Source: a virus (lineage: Duplodnaviria; Caudoviricetes). From it: a stretch of 46,028 bases of DNA. Below are positions 9,901-17,485 of the stretch, in pieces (the stretch's first letter is position 1; the number at the start of each line of letters is the position of its first letter). Location: IMG/VR virus record IMGVR_UViG_3300020045_002559, positions 1-46,028 of that record, one strand, 5' to 3'. The notes below the pieces were generated by a model. The model saw nothing but the letters and a program-made list of their open reading frames with translations, had not been told where the DNA came from and made no database searches. The translations under genes and the position numbers were made by a program.

Positions 9901-10389
9901 ATGGAAGAAAGAATAAAAAAAATTGAATCAGCAATAAAGCACATTCAGTTAAACCAGAGAATTTACTTACCGTTATTGATGATATGTATTGCTGTTTTTA
10001 GCGTACTTGCATCCTCTTCTTGGAAGTCATACGACATAGGAATGACAAGGCACTATAACAATGGTGTATTGGTGACTAGGGAAGTGAAGCAGTTTCACGT
10101 TTCATTCACGCCAACGGTTGCTAATGGTGGAACATTTGATATTTCCAGCTATGGTCTTACTGCCATATTGGATGTGCAGGCAATGATTACAAAGAATACC
10201 GGAACTGTTGGTGACGTCCCTGCAATAGCCTTAAAATCAGTGACCACATCAACGATTACATATAACCTTACACAGGCAAATAATGCAACGGTTGCAATTC
10301 TTGGCATAAACGTGCTTAGTGGTTCGCCACAGACTTATGTAACTAATTTTACTGGAACAACGATTAACTTACAAATAACAGGATATTAA
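9901..10389 (+). CDS. Fibre-associated protein with an N-terminal hydrophobic anchor or signal
   Basis: Hydrophobic IYLPLLMICIAVFSVLA followed by a Thr-rich beta domain. Confidence 0.5.
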   Translation: MEERIKKIESAIKHIQLNQRIYLPLLMICIAVFSVLASSSWKSYDIGMTRHYNNGVLVTREVKQFHVSFTPTVANGGTFDISSYGLTAILDVQAMITKNTGTVGDVPAIALKSVTTSTITYNLTQANNATVAILGINVLSGSPQTYVTNFTGTTINLQITGY

Positions 10390-10390
10390 A

Positions 10391-10549
10391 ATGGAAAACT
10401 TACAGAACGACCCGCCAAACGATAAGTGCGACAAGAACAACCCAAATGACCCACACTACCCAGACAGGGAGCAAGGCGATTATAACTCTTCTTGTGTGTG
10501 GATTTGGGACATAGGCAGGTCAATGGGTCAACAGGAAGAAAAGAAATGA
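10391..10549 (+). CDS. 52-aa peptide not in the ORF track (MENLQNDPPNDKCDKNNPNDPHYPDREQGDYNSSCVWIWDIGRSMGQQEEKK)
   Basis: Starts 1 nt after the upstream stop and overlaps the next gene by ATGA. Confidence 0.6.
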   Translation: MENLQNDPPNDKCDKNNPNDPHYPDREQGDYNSSCVWIWDIGRSMGQQEEKK

Positions 10550-10917
10550 GGTCTTTGATAACATCACTTATTGCGGTAACTTTTATGCTAGGTTACAACG
10601 GCTATCTATTAGCTATTGGTAACGGCATTCTTGACGAGCAACATATGAGAAAAGTTGCAATGTATTCCCTTATTGGATTTTTTACGTTACCTTTAATGCT
10701 GATGGGAAACAGTAACAAAAAGTCAAAGATGGAAATAGAGTTCAGGAATATGGCTATGATGTACTATGCTGTTGTAATGGGTATCATAATAATAAACCAA
10801 TTTGGAGTGTTAAATGACCCTAGAAAATTTATGTACACGTTCAACGGCTTGAATATTGCTTTGATTGGTTGTTTAACCATTAGCTTTTTAAGACATGGAT
10901 ATTTCAAGAAAGACTGA
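10546..10917 (+). CDS. Four-TM membrane protein (start corrected from 10492)
   Basis: Four hydrophobic segments; ATG coupled to the upstream peptide stop. Confidence 0.65.
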   Translation: MRSLITSLIAVTFMLGYNGYLLAIGNGILDEQHMRKVAMYSLIGFFTLPLMLMGNSNKKSKMEIEFRNMAMMYYAVVMGIIIINQFGVLNDPRKFMYTFNGLNIALIGCLTISFLRHGYFKKD

Positions 10918-11167
10918 CTCGCAAATGGAAGCATCAAAGACATGGGGTGATGTATTGGATTTAATAGAAAAAGTTACCCCTTGGCTAACGACGGGGGCTA
11001 TACTATGGAAAGTGATTGATAAGATTGCAGCCTATTGGTCAGATAAGCGAAAGAGTGAACTGGAAGGTATTGTTGACAAGAAGATGAAACCACACATCGA
11101 TAATCTTAGCGAGAAGATAGAGAACCTTAGCGATGCGATATGGGCGTTAAAGAACAAGAAGGATTAG
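10895..11167 (+). CDS. Holin/antiholin-like protein with one hydrophobic helix and a coiled-coil tail
   Basis: VTPWLTTGAILWKVI followed by a heptad-rich C-terminus, at the end of the tail operon. Confidence 0.4.
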   Translation: MDISRKTDSQMEASKTWGDVLDLIEKVTPWLTTGAILWKVIDKIAAYWSDKRKSELEGIVDKKMKPHIDNLSEKIENLSDAIWALKNKKD

Positions 11168-11187
11168 CATTTTGTTTGATAGGAGTG

Positions 11188-11215
11188 AGCCTGACGTTGG
11201 GAAACGTTGGGTTTT
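11188..11215 (+). terminator. Intrinsic terminator ending the tail operon
   Basis: AGCCTGACGTT-GGGA-AACGTTGGGTT followed by T-rich sequence. Confidence 0.7.
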
Positions 11216-11220
11216 GTTGT

Positions 11221-11266
11221 GTAACGACATTGTTATGGAAAGTTATGGGTTAAGTGGGTATATTTG
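11221..11266 (+). promoter_or_regulatory. Operator-promoter unit 2 (GTAAC-N6-GTTAT-N22-TATATTTG)
   Basis: Motif and exact spacing read from the sequence. Confidence 0.75.
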
Positions 11267-11290
11267 GGTTCACTTAAAAATAACGAAACA

Positions 11291-11680
11291 ATGGCAATAC
11301 CTTACATTCATTGTTTAGCTTCTGCTAAACGATTTGGCGGAACACCTGAAGATTATTTAGACATTCACGAATTAATGGATAGTTCTAAAGCAGCGTTTCC
11401 AAACAATGGGCATCGTGTCCTAACTCATAATTCTTGGTTTGTAGTTACGATTTTACCAAAAGTATTTGGGCATCAAAGAAAAAACTCTGATGGTAAGACA
11501 TACAACGTAAAAGATGTTGGGGAGTACCACATTTTAGAAGATTTTAGAATGAGATTTATTCCTAGCGTTCAAGATTATTTAGAGCATTTAGACGTGCAGC
11601 CTTGGATGAACAATGGAGGAGGTGTTCCAAACAGATTGAAAAACAAATCAAAAGAAACAATTGAAAAATTAAACGATTAA
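11291..11680 (+). CDS. DUF6915-like His-rich protein; moron gene 1
   Basis: PYIH..SAKRFGG.PEDYLDIH..MDSSK....HRVLTH...VGEYHILEDF...IPSVQDY matches my recollection of DUF6915. Confidence 0.7.
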   Translation: MAIPYIHCLASAKRFGGTPEDYLDIHELMDSSKAAFPNNGHRVLTHNSWFVVTILPKVFGHQRKNSDGKTYNVKDVGEYHILEDFRMRFIPSVQDYLEHLDVQPWMNNGGGVPNRLKNKSKETIEKLND

Positions 11681-11685
11681 TTATT

Positions 11686-12153
11686 ATGTCATTATTAGAA
11701 AGCATTAAAGAAAAATTAGCCGTAATAGCTAAGCAAAAAGAAGAAATGGTTGAAGCGTTAAGAAAAGATTTCGCTCCTATGTTCGAAACATTTTTTGAGA
11801 AATCAAAAGGTAAGATTACAAGTTTTTCTTGGGTTCAATATACACCCTACTTTAACGATGGAGACGAATGTATTTTTAGAGTTTGCGTAGATTACAATTT
11901 CAAAATTAATGGAGAAGACACAGAAGATATGGATTCTTTAGATTGGCAAATTAAATATTATTTAAAAGGAGAAACAGAAAAATATCCTTTACAGCCAGAA
12001 TGGGATATTGAATTATTTAAACTTGTTGACGAGGTTCAAGAAATAATTTCTTCAATTCCAGAAGAGTTTATGAAAGATTTATTTGGAGACCACGTTGAAG
12101 TTACTGTAAATTCTAATGGAGAAATAACAACAGAAGGTTACGAACACGATTAA
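11686..12153 (+). CDS. Conserved acidic phage protein; moron gene 2
   Basis: Motifs SWVQYTPYFNDGDECIF and LFGDHVEVT...GYEHD; 5 nt from the upstream gene. Confidence 0.6.
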   Translation: MSLLESIKEKLAVIAKQKEEMVEALRKDFAPMFETFFEKSKGKITSFSWVQYTPYFNDGDECIFRVCVDYNFKINGEDTEDMDSLDWQIKYYLKGETEKYPLQPEWDIELFKLVDEVQEIISSIPEEFMKDLFGDHVEVTVNSNGEITTEGYEHD

Positions 12154-12195
12154 AAACATACCTAGCTAAGTTTGTCGTTATTCTTAGTTTGGTTT

Positions 12196-12228
12196 AGCCT
12201 CATTCCTTAATTGGTTTGAGGCTTTTTT
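12196..12228 (+). terminator. Intrinsic terminator closing the moron
   Basis: AGCCTCA...TGAGGCT followed by a T run. Confidence 0.75.
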
Positions 12229-12233
12229 ATTAC

Positions 12234-12280
12234 CTATCCATTTCGTTACATACAACATATTTGTTTATTCCGTAACTTCA
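12234..12280 (+). promoter_or_regulatory. Operator-promoter unit 3 (CTATC-N6-GTTAC-N23-TAACTTCA), the most degenerate copy
   Basis: Half-sites identical to those at 19238, but the spacer is 1 nt longer and the -7 box is weaker. Confidence 0.5.
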
Positions 12281-12302
12281 TACTAAACTAACCAAAACCA
12301 GT

Positions 12303-12377
12303 ATGAAAATTAAACACCTTGCTTTCTTGTGGATGGTAATCCCTGCAATGATAGCCTTAATCTGCATCGTATGGTAA
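12303..12377 (+). CDS. 24-aa hydrophobic micropeptide (MKIKHLAFLWMVIPAMIALICIVW)
   Basis: A-rich leader; single TM segment; overlaps the next ORF. Confidence 0.5.
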   Translation: MKIKHLAFLWMVIPAMIALICIVW

Positions 12378-12487
12378 AGCGAACTGTTTGGCTTGTGCTT
12401 ATTGGAATAGGCGCAACAGAATTACTGATTACCTGTTATTTTGCTTTATCGTTTATAATTAATAACTTAGCGTTATGGACTTGCTAG
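12371..12487 (+). CDS. 38-aa hydrophobic micropeptide (MVKRTVWLVLIGIGATELLITCYFALSFIINNLALWTC)
   Basis: Overlaps both neighbours; hydrophobic throughout. Confidence 0.45.
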   Translation: MVKRTVWLVLIGIGATELLITCYFALSFIINNLALWTC

Positions 12488-12579
12488 AATTTGAGGATAG
12501 ACAGTTTAGGCGTTGGTTGATAAAACGGATTGTCGTATTGGTTCTGATAGGTTTATTAATCATATCGTTATGGCAGTAG
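12475..12579 (+). CDS. 34-aa TM micropeptide leading the lysis operon (MDLLEFEDRQFRRWLIKRIVVLVLIGLLIISLWQ)
   Basis: Preceded by TTTG-N19-TAACTTAG-N4-ATG; overlaps the endolysin start. Confidence 0.55.
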   Translation: MDLLEFEDRQFRRWLIKRIVVLVLIGLLIISLWQ

Positions 12580-13112
12580 ATGCAAAATCAATGGCGTTAT
12601 TAAATACGCTACATCCTGGAATTAGAGGCGCAGCAATTAGAGCCTACACAAAGGCTTGTAAAATTACTCCAGTTGGCGTACATCCATACATTACCGAAAC
12701 ATCAAGGAGCTTTGAAAGAAGCGATAAGCTTTATATGCAACCTTGTGATGGTAAGGATAATGACGGTGATGGTAAGATTGATGAAGCAGATGAAAAGGTA
12801 ACAAACGCAAAAGGTGGAGACAGTCTACACAATTACGATTTAGCCATTGACTTTACAATTTTAGTTAATGGTAAAATGCGTTGGGTTGTGGATAAGAACT
12901 GGATGATCGTTGTTGAATGCTTTAAGGAGGAAGGTTTCCTTTGGGGGGCTGATTGGGATAATGACGGGAAGACTAGAGCGCAAGGTGATAAGGACGAGGG
13001 ATTAGTTGACGCTCCACACGTTCAAAAAACATTAGGGTATACATTAAAGCAAATTAAGCAAATGTATGCTGCAGGAAAATTCATTGAAGGAACTAGGTAT
13101 TTAGATTTGTAA
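12570..13112 (+). CDS. Endolysin, M15-family (L-Ala-D-Glu) peptidase (start corrected from 12513)
   Basis: RS...KLY, VTNAKGGDSLHNYDLAIDF (SxHxxxxAxD), WGADW and DAPHVQ motifs. Confidence 0.9.
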   Translation: MAVDAKSMALLNTLHPGIRGAAIRAYTKACKITPVGVHPYITETSRSFERSDKLYMQPCDGKDNDGDGKIDEADEKVTNAKGGDSLHNYDLAIDFTILVNGKMRWVVDKNWMIVVECFKEEGFLWGADWDNDGKTRAQGDKDEGLVDAPHVQKTLGYTLKQIKQMYAAGKFIEGTRYLDL

Positions 13113-13114
13113 AA

Positions 13115-13402
13115 ATGGCAAATAAGGTAATAGTAAGCAAGAAATGGGCGTTAAGCGCAAGGGATTGGATTAAGTCTGCATTATTTGCGGTTGGTACTCC
13201 AGTTATGTTCCAGATACAGCAATGGATTGATAAGGGAGAGCTTGATTTCAACTGGAGGCTATTGGGCAAGATTGCGGTAGGTGCTTTTATCCTATACATA
13301 GGCAAGCAGTTAACCGGTTCGCCAAAGGTAACTACGGTTTATAAGACGAACGCTAAGGCGGTTAACGTTGCGGAAGATATTAAAGATGCTCCAAAGAATT
13401 AG
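13115..13402 (+). CDS. Putative holin
   Basis: Two hydrophobic segments and a charged C-terminus, directly after the endolysin. Confidence 0.6.
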   Translation: MANKVIVSKKWALSARDWIKSALFAVGTPVMFQIQQWIDKGELDFNWRLLGKIAVGAFILYIGKQLTGSPKVTTVYKTNAKAVNVAEDIKDAPKN

Positions 13403-13499
13403 AAACATAATAGCAAGCCCTATTGGCATAATCGTATTTTGTACGCTTGTATTGGCTTGCTCATACGTATTGGCAATTTACCTAAACATAAATTCATAA
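13386..13499 (+). CDS. 37-aa TM peptide (MLQRIRNIIASPIGIIVFCTLVLACSYVLAIYLNINS)
   Basis: Overlaps the holin end and is TAATG-coupled to the next ORF. Confidence 0.5.
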   Translation: MLQRIRNIIASPIGIIVFCTLVLACSYVLAIYLNINS

Positions 13500-13705
13500 T
13501 GAGAAGAAGGAGAAAAAGAATTGATATGCTAGAGGAAGCTATCATATCGCTACTTAAGGAATATATAGGCAAGTTTTTTGCTTCTCTTGTAGCTAAGGCA
13601 ATTAATAAGTTTGCTAAAGACCTGGTTGCAAAATTGTTTAAATATTTCGGTGTAAACCCTGATGAGCTTATTTATGAAGATGAGTTTGATTTCGGTAATC
13701 AATAG
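13499..13705 (+). CDS. Cationic, amphipathic 68-aa lysis-cassette protein
   Basis: MRRRRKR start; amphipathic helices IGKFFASLVAKAINKFAKDLVAKLFKYF; acidic tail. Confidence 0.55.
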   Translation: MRRRRKRIDMLEEAIISLLKEYIGKFFASLVAKAINKFAKDLVAKLFKYFGVNPDELIYEDEFDFGNQ

Positions 13706-13755
13706 GATTAAATCAAAGTTCCGTCTGCTTAATGTGGATAAGTGGTTTATATAGC

Positions 13756-13786
13756 AAAAGCCCCGTCATTACGATAGGGCTTTTTT
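13756..13786. terminator. Bidirectional terminator between convergent operons
   Basis: AAAAGCCC...GGGCTTTTTT. Confidence 0.8.
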
Positions 13787-13788
13787 GT

Positions 13789-14010
13789 TTAGCAATCACA
13801 ATTTATTACTTTTGGTTTATTCTTTATCCTGCAATATACTTTCTTTATTTCTTCAAAATCCCCAGATATACAATCCTTAAAATACCTATTAGATATACTC
13901 CAGTAATAACGAGAGTTGATTAAATCTAGGTATTCTGTTCCAGACCAAAAGGATTTTTTTCTAATGGCATATTTACCATCGCTAAATTGTACTATTTCTA
14001 ATTTTGCCAT
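13789..14010 (-). CDS. Hypothetical protein
   Basis: 73-aa ORF, last gene of the leftward operon. Confidence 0.6.
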   Translation of the reverse strand: MAKLEIVQFSDGKYAIRKKSFWSGTEYLDLINSRYYWSISNRYFKDCISGDFEEIKKVYCRIKNKPKVINCDC

Positions 14011-14023
14011 TATATAATTTGTT

Positions 14024-14260
14024 TTAAATTCGTTTTTTCAAATACCCAGTAACTACCTTTTCAGGCTTCACAAACATTGACACCTCATATCCCTTACAGT
14101 ACGCCAAGAAATAACTGTACTGTTTACGCTGTACGACCTTAAATGAATCGACTGGCAGGCTTATATGTAGCTTTGTGGGCTTGTTCCATAGGGCGTACTT
14201 CTTTTGCCCAAACACAGGCAAGGACAGCAGCATAAATGCGGCAAGGAGTTTTAGTTTCAT
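14024..14260 (-). CDS. Small secreted protein
   Basis: Signal peptide MKLKLLAAFMLLSLPVFG|Q. Confidence 0.6.
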   Translation of the reverse strand: MKLKLLAAFMLLSLPVFGQKKYALWNKPTKLHISLPVDSFKVVQRKQYSYFLAYCKGYEVSMFVKPEKVVTGYLKKRI

Positions 14261-14267
14261 AATTTGG

Positions 14268-14444
14268 CTATTTGAATATGTAAGTATTAATAAATACAGA
14301 ATGTGCGTCGTGAGCTTTTATTTGTTTTTCGGTAATGTCAGGGTCACAAGGCGATGCAAGCCAAGCCTTTTCAGCTAATAAGCATCTTTGTTTCCAATAT
14401 TCAGCCTTATCCATTTCTTTTCTTGGGTCTTTGTTATCTTCCAT
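14268..14444 (-). CDS. 58-aa hypothetical protein (MEDNKDPRKEMDKAEYWKQRCLLAEKAWLASPCDPDIT...)
   Basis: Fills the gap in the leftward operon; A-rich leader. Confidence 0.6.
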   Translation of the reverse strand: MEDNKDPRKEMDKAEYWKQRCLLAEKAWLASPCDPDITEKQIKAHDAHSVFINTYIFK

Positions 14445-14486
14445 CTTTGTTTCTTTATTTTTAAGTTAATGCTTTAATTGTGGGGG

Positions 14487-14684
14487 TTAGTATTCTATTT
14501 CGTTTACCAAAAAAGTTTCCATACAATGCTCACATTGATATTCATTAGATTTAAATGTAGCTGGATTTGGTAATAAATTATTTTGAAATAAGCTAGTCCA
14601 TTGAGTAGTTAGTTCATTTTCAGAATTACAATAAGGGCAGGTAACTTCTGCAGATATTATAATTACTCCTTTTGCTGTTTTCAT
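14487..14684 (-). CDS. Zn-ribbon protein
   Basis: CPYC...CEHC. Confidence 0.65.
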   Translation of the reverse strand: MKTAKGVIIISAEVTCPYCNSENELTTQWTSLFQNNLLPNPATFKSNEYQCEHCMETFLVNEIEY

Positions 14685-14733
14685 ATTCCTTTCTTATTTT
14701 TGTGAACCGTTCGGTATTTCCGAAGCGGTGGGG

Positions 14734-15087
14734 TTAATCTGGAATGTACATCCAATGAGTAACCTGTGTATGTTTAAATTTATTAATGCAAGTTAAATCG
14801 TCAAAAACGTGAAAGTCTAACTTACCATCGCCAATATTATCTCCATACCAAGCCATAGATTTATAATTATAATATCCTTGGTCTGATTTAACCGCCATAA
14901 CAGTCTGTTGCTTATAATCGCTAGGCTCTGGCAATCGCTCTGACACACTAACCCACTTAGTTTCTTGTTGAGCCTGTTGGTAGCCAGAGATTAACTGTAT
15001 CAAGTATTTGCCTGTCATTTTGATTTCAGGACTATATATGTTTATGTCTTGGCTTTCTAGGAACTGCTCAATGCTTTTATCTTTCAT
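14734..15087 (-). CDS. DUF551-like protein
   Basis: WVSVSERLPE...VTHWMYIP. Confidence 0.75.
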   Translation of the reverse strand: MKDKSIEQFLESQDINIYSPEIKMTGKYLIQLISGYQQAQQETKWVSVSERLPEPSDYKQQTVMAVKSDQGYYNYKSMAWYGDNIGDGKLDFHVFDDLTCINKFKHTQVTHWMYIPD

Positions 15088-15099
15088 TTTTGGTGGGGG

Positions 15100-15408
15100 T
15101 TAAATGTTAAATACTAATGGGTAAGTAGTCTTATTTTTAGCTATATTTTTCCAAGCCATATCTTTAATATAAATCAAGGCTGACGGCTTCCATTTGCTCA
15201 TTATTTTTGAATTAAATGATTTAACTATTTCGCTTTCAAGTTCATTAAAATGGTTTTCTATTAGCATTTGATAGAACGGGATGACTTCTTTTCTTGTTAG
15301 CTTAGATATGTCGATATCGTGACCATTAGCACAAGTCATTGTTTGTCCTTGAAAAACAAAGCAACCACAAGTTTCGCACAATTCAATTTTGCAATCTTTC
15401 TTTTCCAT
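15100..15408 (-). CDS. Hypothetical protein with a Cys/His cluster
   Basis: CETC...CANGH. Confidence 0.55.
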   Translation of the reverse strand: MEKKDCKIELCETCGCFVFQGQTMTCANGHDIDISKLTRKEVIPFYQMLIENHFNELESEIVKSFNSKIMSKWKPSALIYIKDMAWKNIAKNKTTYPLVFNI

Positions 15409-15410
15409 AA

Positions 15411-15770
15411 TTACTTGTTTATTTCCCTTAACACCTGTTGTTGAAGGGAGGTGATTGAATGCTTGTCTATCTTGATGTGGTCAGCACCTATGTTAATCTG
15501 CTTATGACCGTGAGTATTAGATTTGGTAGTGCCACAATGATATGTTAGCCATCCTTCCTCACTTGCCATTTGAAGAGCCAGTTTAACTGCTGATTCTACT
15601 TGTTGGTTTGACTTAGCATGTAGTTCTTCCAATACGGTTATGAACTTTTCCAATGCTTGTTTTTCAGCCATATCATAACCAATATTCCAACTATCTGTAA
15701 AAGTGTTTTTATTGATTACTTTAATACGAGCTTCATACTCTTCTGTTTTAGCCTTTATGTACTTCTCCAT
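15411..15770 (-). CDS. Hypothetical protein
   Basis: 119-aa ORF tightly packed in the operon. Confidence 0.6.
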   Translation of the reverse strand: MEKYIKAKTEEYEARIKVINKNTFTDSWNIGYDMAEKQALEKFITVLEELHAKSNQQVESAVKLALQMASEEGWLTYHCGTTKSNTHGHKQINIGADHIKIDKHSITSLQQQVLREINK

Positions 15771-15856
15771 TTCCTATACCTTTTTTAAGATTAAACGTTC
15801 GCAACTGGTCGCCACAATGCAGAAATCACCGTTTGCTTTAAAGTGTTTTAACATAG

Positions 15857-16237
15857 CTAGATTATCTTTTTAAATTCAAAACCTTTACATCTATATCCTT
15901 TTGAAATAGCGCCAGAAATATTACCTGAGCTTATTCCCGTAATTTCAGAAGCTTGTTTTATTGACTTATATACTGTGACTAGCTTGCCGTTCCAATATTT
16001 TCCAATCACAAAAGTATGTGCTCTTTCACCAGATAAATCTCCTATTCTTAATGGGTATCTATCTGTTTTTTGTCTAATCTGAAAACCGTTTACGCTTAGC
16101 ATTTTACCCGTAATAGCGTGGCTAATATGTGATTGAGCAGATTTAATTAATGAAGCACATTCTGATAAGCTTTCACATTCCTGAAGAAAATATCCTTCAT
16201 TATCGTACAATAGCACGTTTATTTTTTCTCTTCCCAT
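15857..16237 (-). CDS. Protein with two NUMOD1/IENR1-like DNA-binding modules and no nuclease domain
   Basis: ESLSECASLIKSAQSHISHAITGK and YKSIKQASEITGISSGNISGAISKG. Confidence 0.7.
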   Translation of the reverse strand: MGREKINVLLYDNEGYFLQECESLSECASLIKSAQSHISHAITGKMLSVNGFQIRQKTDRYPLRIGDLSGERAHTFVIGKYWNGKLVTVYKSIKQASEITGISSGNISGAISKGYRCKGFEFKKII

Positions 16238-16311
16238 TTTCTAATTAGTAGTGGTTACTTTTTTATTGCCAAGGCGGTTTCCCCTGGCGATGTTCTCGTG
16301 TTGCTGGGAGG

Positions 16312-16479
16312 TCATTGCTTAATGATTAAAGATTTGTCTACCTCTAATAGTTTAGACTTTCCATAAACCTTCACATTTAAAACGCCTGGCAAATTGAATT
16401 TTGCCCTAATAGCATTATATACAGCAGCAACGGTAATACCTCTTAAGTCTGCGTATTCCTTTATTGTTATTGTTTCCAT
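16312..16479 (-). CDS. 55-aa HTH regulator, Cro/excisionase-like (METITIKEYADLRGITVAAVYNAIRAKFNLPGV...)
   Basis: TIKEYADLRGITVAAVY HTH; first gene of the leftward operon; TATATTTG-N4-ATG on the minus strand. Confidence 0.75.
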   Translation of the reverse strand: METITIKEYADLRGITVAAVYNAIRAKFNLPGVLNVKVYGKSKLLEVDKSLIIKQ

Positions 16480-16600
16480 ACCACAAATATATAAATAATT
16501 TACATTTAAAAAAATAAATTAAAAATATTTTAAAATAAATTTGCAGGTGTAAAATATTATACGTTACTTTACATCATCAAATCAATGACGGTTTGACAAA
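16480..16600. promoter_or_regulatory. Very AT-rich divergent promoter region
   Basis: Gene orientation switches here. Leftward TATATTTG box at 16484-16491; possible rightward TTTG(16540)-N20-TTACTTTA. Confidence 0.6.
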
Positions 16601-16613
16601 TTGCAGAAACAAG

Positions 16614-16946
16614 ATGAATATTCAGTTTGATTTAAAAACAGCAGAAACAACAAATCTTTATGATATTAAACCTGAGCACGTTATAATGTTGTTGATTGCA
16701 AAAGATATGAAAAGATTAAATTTTAGAAGTTTTAAATCTTATCTAGAAAAGTTTGTAGAAAATGATAAAATACAAAGAGGTGATGTTTCTATTGATAATA
16801 TTTGCATCGCTTTAATGGTTGATAAGTATCAAGCTGAAAATATCGCTGTTAAATGGATGAATGATAAAGCATTGAATGGCAGAATTTACCAACACGCAGG
16901 AATTAACACTTATTACTTTTCTGAAACTTTAAATATCATTAACTAA
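16614..16946 (+). CDS. Hypothetical protein, first rightward early gene
   Basis: ORF track entry; ATG 16614 preferred over TTG 16593. Confidence 0.6.
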   Translation: MNIQFDLKTAETTNLYDIKPEHVIMLLIAKDMKRLNFRSFKSYLEKFVENDKIQRGDVSIDNICIALMVDKYQAENIAVKWMNDKALNGRIYQHAGINTYYFSETLNIIN

Positions 16947-17028
16947 TTACCGTTACTGCAATTGCGGTAATGCTTAGCGCAACGTTCTTAGGGACTTGCG
17001 CTTTACTAGGTATAAAATCAAAAACAAA

Positions 17029-17136
17029 ATGGGAAATCTAGGTAACAAATCAATAACATCTAACAAGAGCCTTGCAATATGTATGGCGTTGTTCATCATC
17101 GGTATAGTGTCAATGTTTATGGTAGGGGGATTTTAG
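17029..17136 (+). CDS. 35-aa TM peptide (MGNLGNKSITSNKSLAICMALFIIGIVSMFMVGGF)
   Basis: A-rich leader; single TM segment. Confidence 0.55.
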   Translation: MGNLGNKSITSNKSLAICMALFIIGIVSMFMVGGF

Positions 17137-17138
17137 TT

Positions 17139-17483
17139 ATGGGAACGTTCGAACAACTTAACGACTTTATATATCTTGATGGTAAGATAGTGTTTACATT
17201 AAACGCATTGAGAAACCACGTATCTATGCAGGTTGATTATCCAACCGATTTAGAATTTTATCCTAACGGAATACACAAGGATTATTACGGTCAGTTTGAT
17301 GACTTCTGTATTGACAAATGGCTTGATGATGAAGTTAACTTTCAATCGGCTTGTAAGGGTATATTCGATGGTCAGTCACACGTATTTGTATCTAAAAATA
17401 CAGAACAGGAAACAAGAAAGGATTTATACCCGTTCGCAAAAGGCGGAGTATATAATGTAAAACCAGCCACTAAATCTAAATAG
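17139..17483 (+). CDS. Hypothetical protein (start corrected from 17079)
   Basis: Starts 2 nt after the peptide stop. Confidence 0.6.
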   Translation: MGTFEQLNDFIYLDGKIVFTLNALRNHVSMQVDYPTDLEFYPNGIHKDYYGQFDDFCIDKWLDDEVNFQSACKGIFDGQSHVFVSKNTEQETRKDLYPFAKGGVYNVKPATKSK

Positions 17484-17485
17484 AA

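Noticed and set aside
15857-16237. Homing endonuclease
   Set aside because: Only NUMOD1-like modules are present; no HNH or GIY-YIG catalytic motif.
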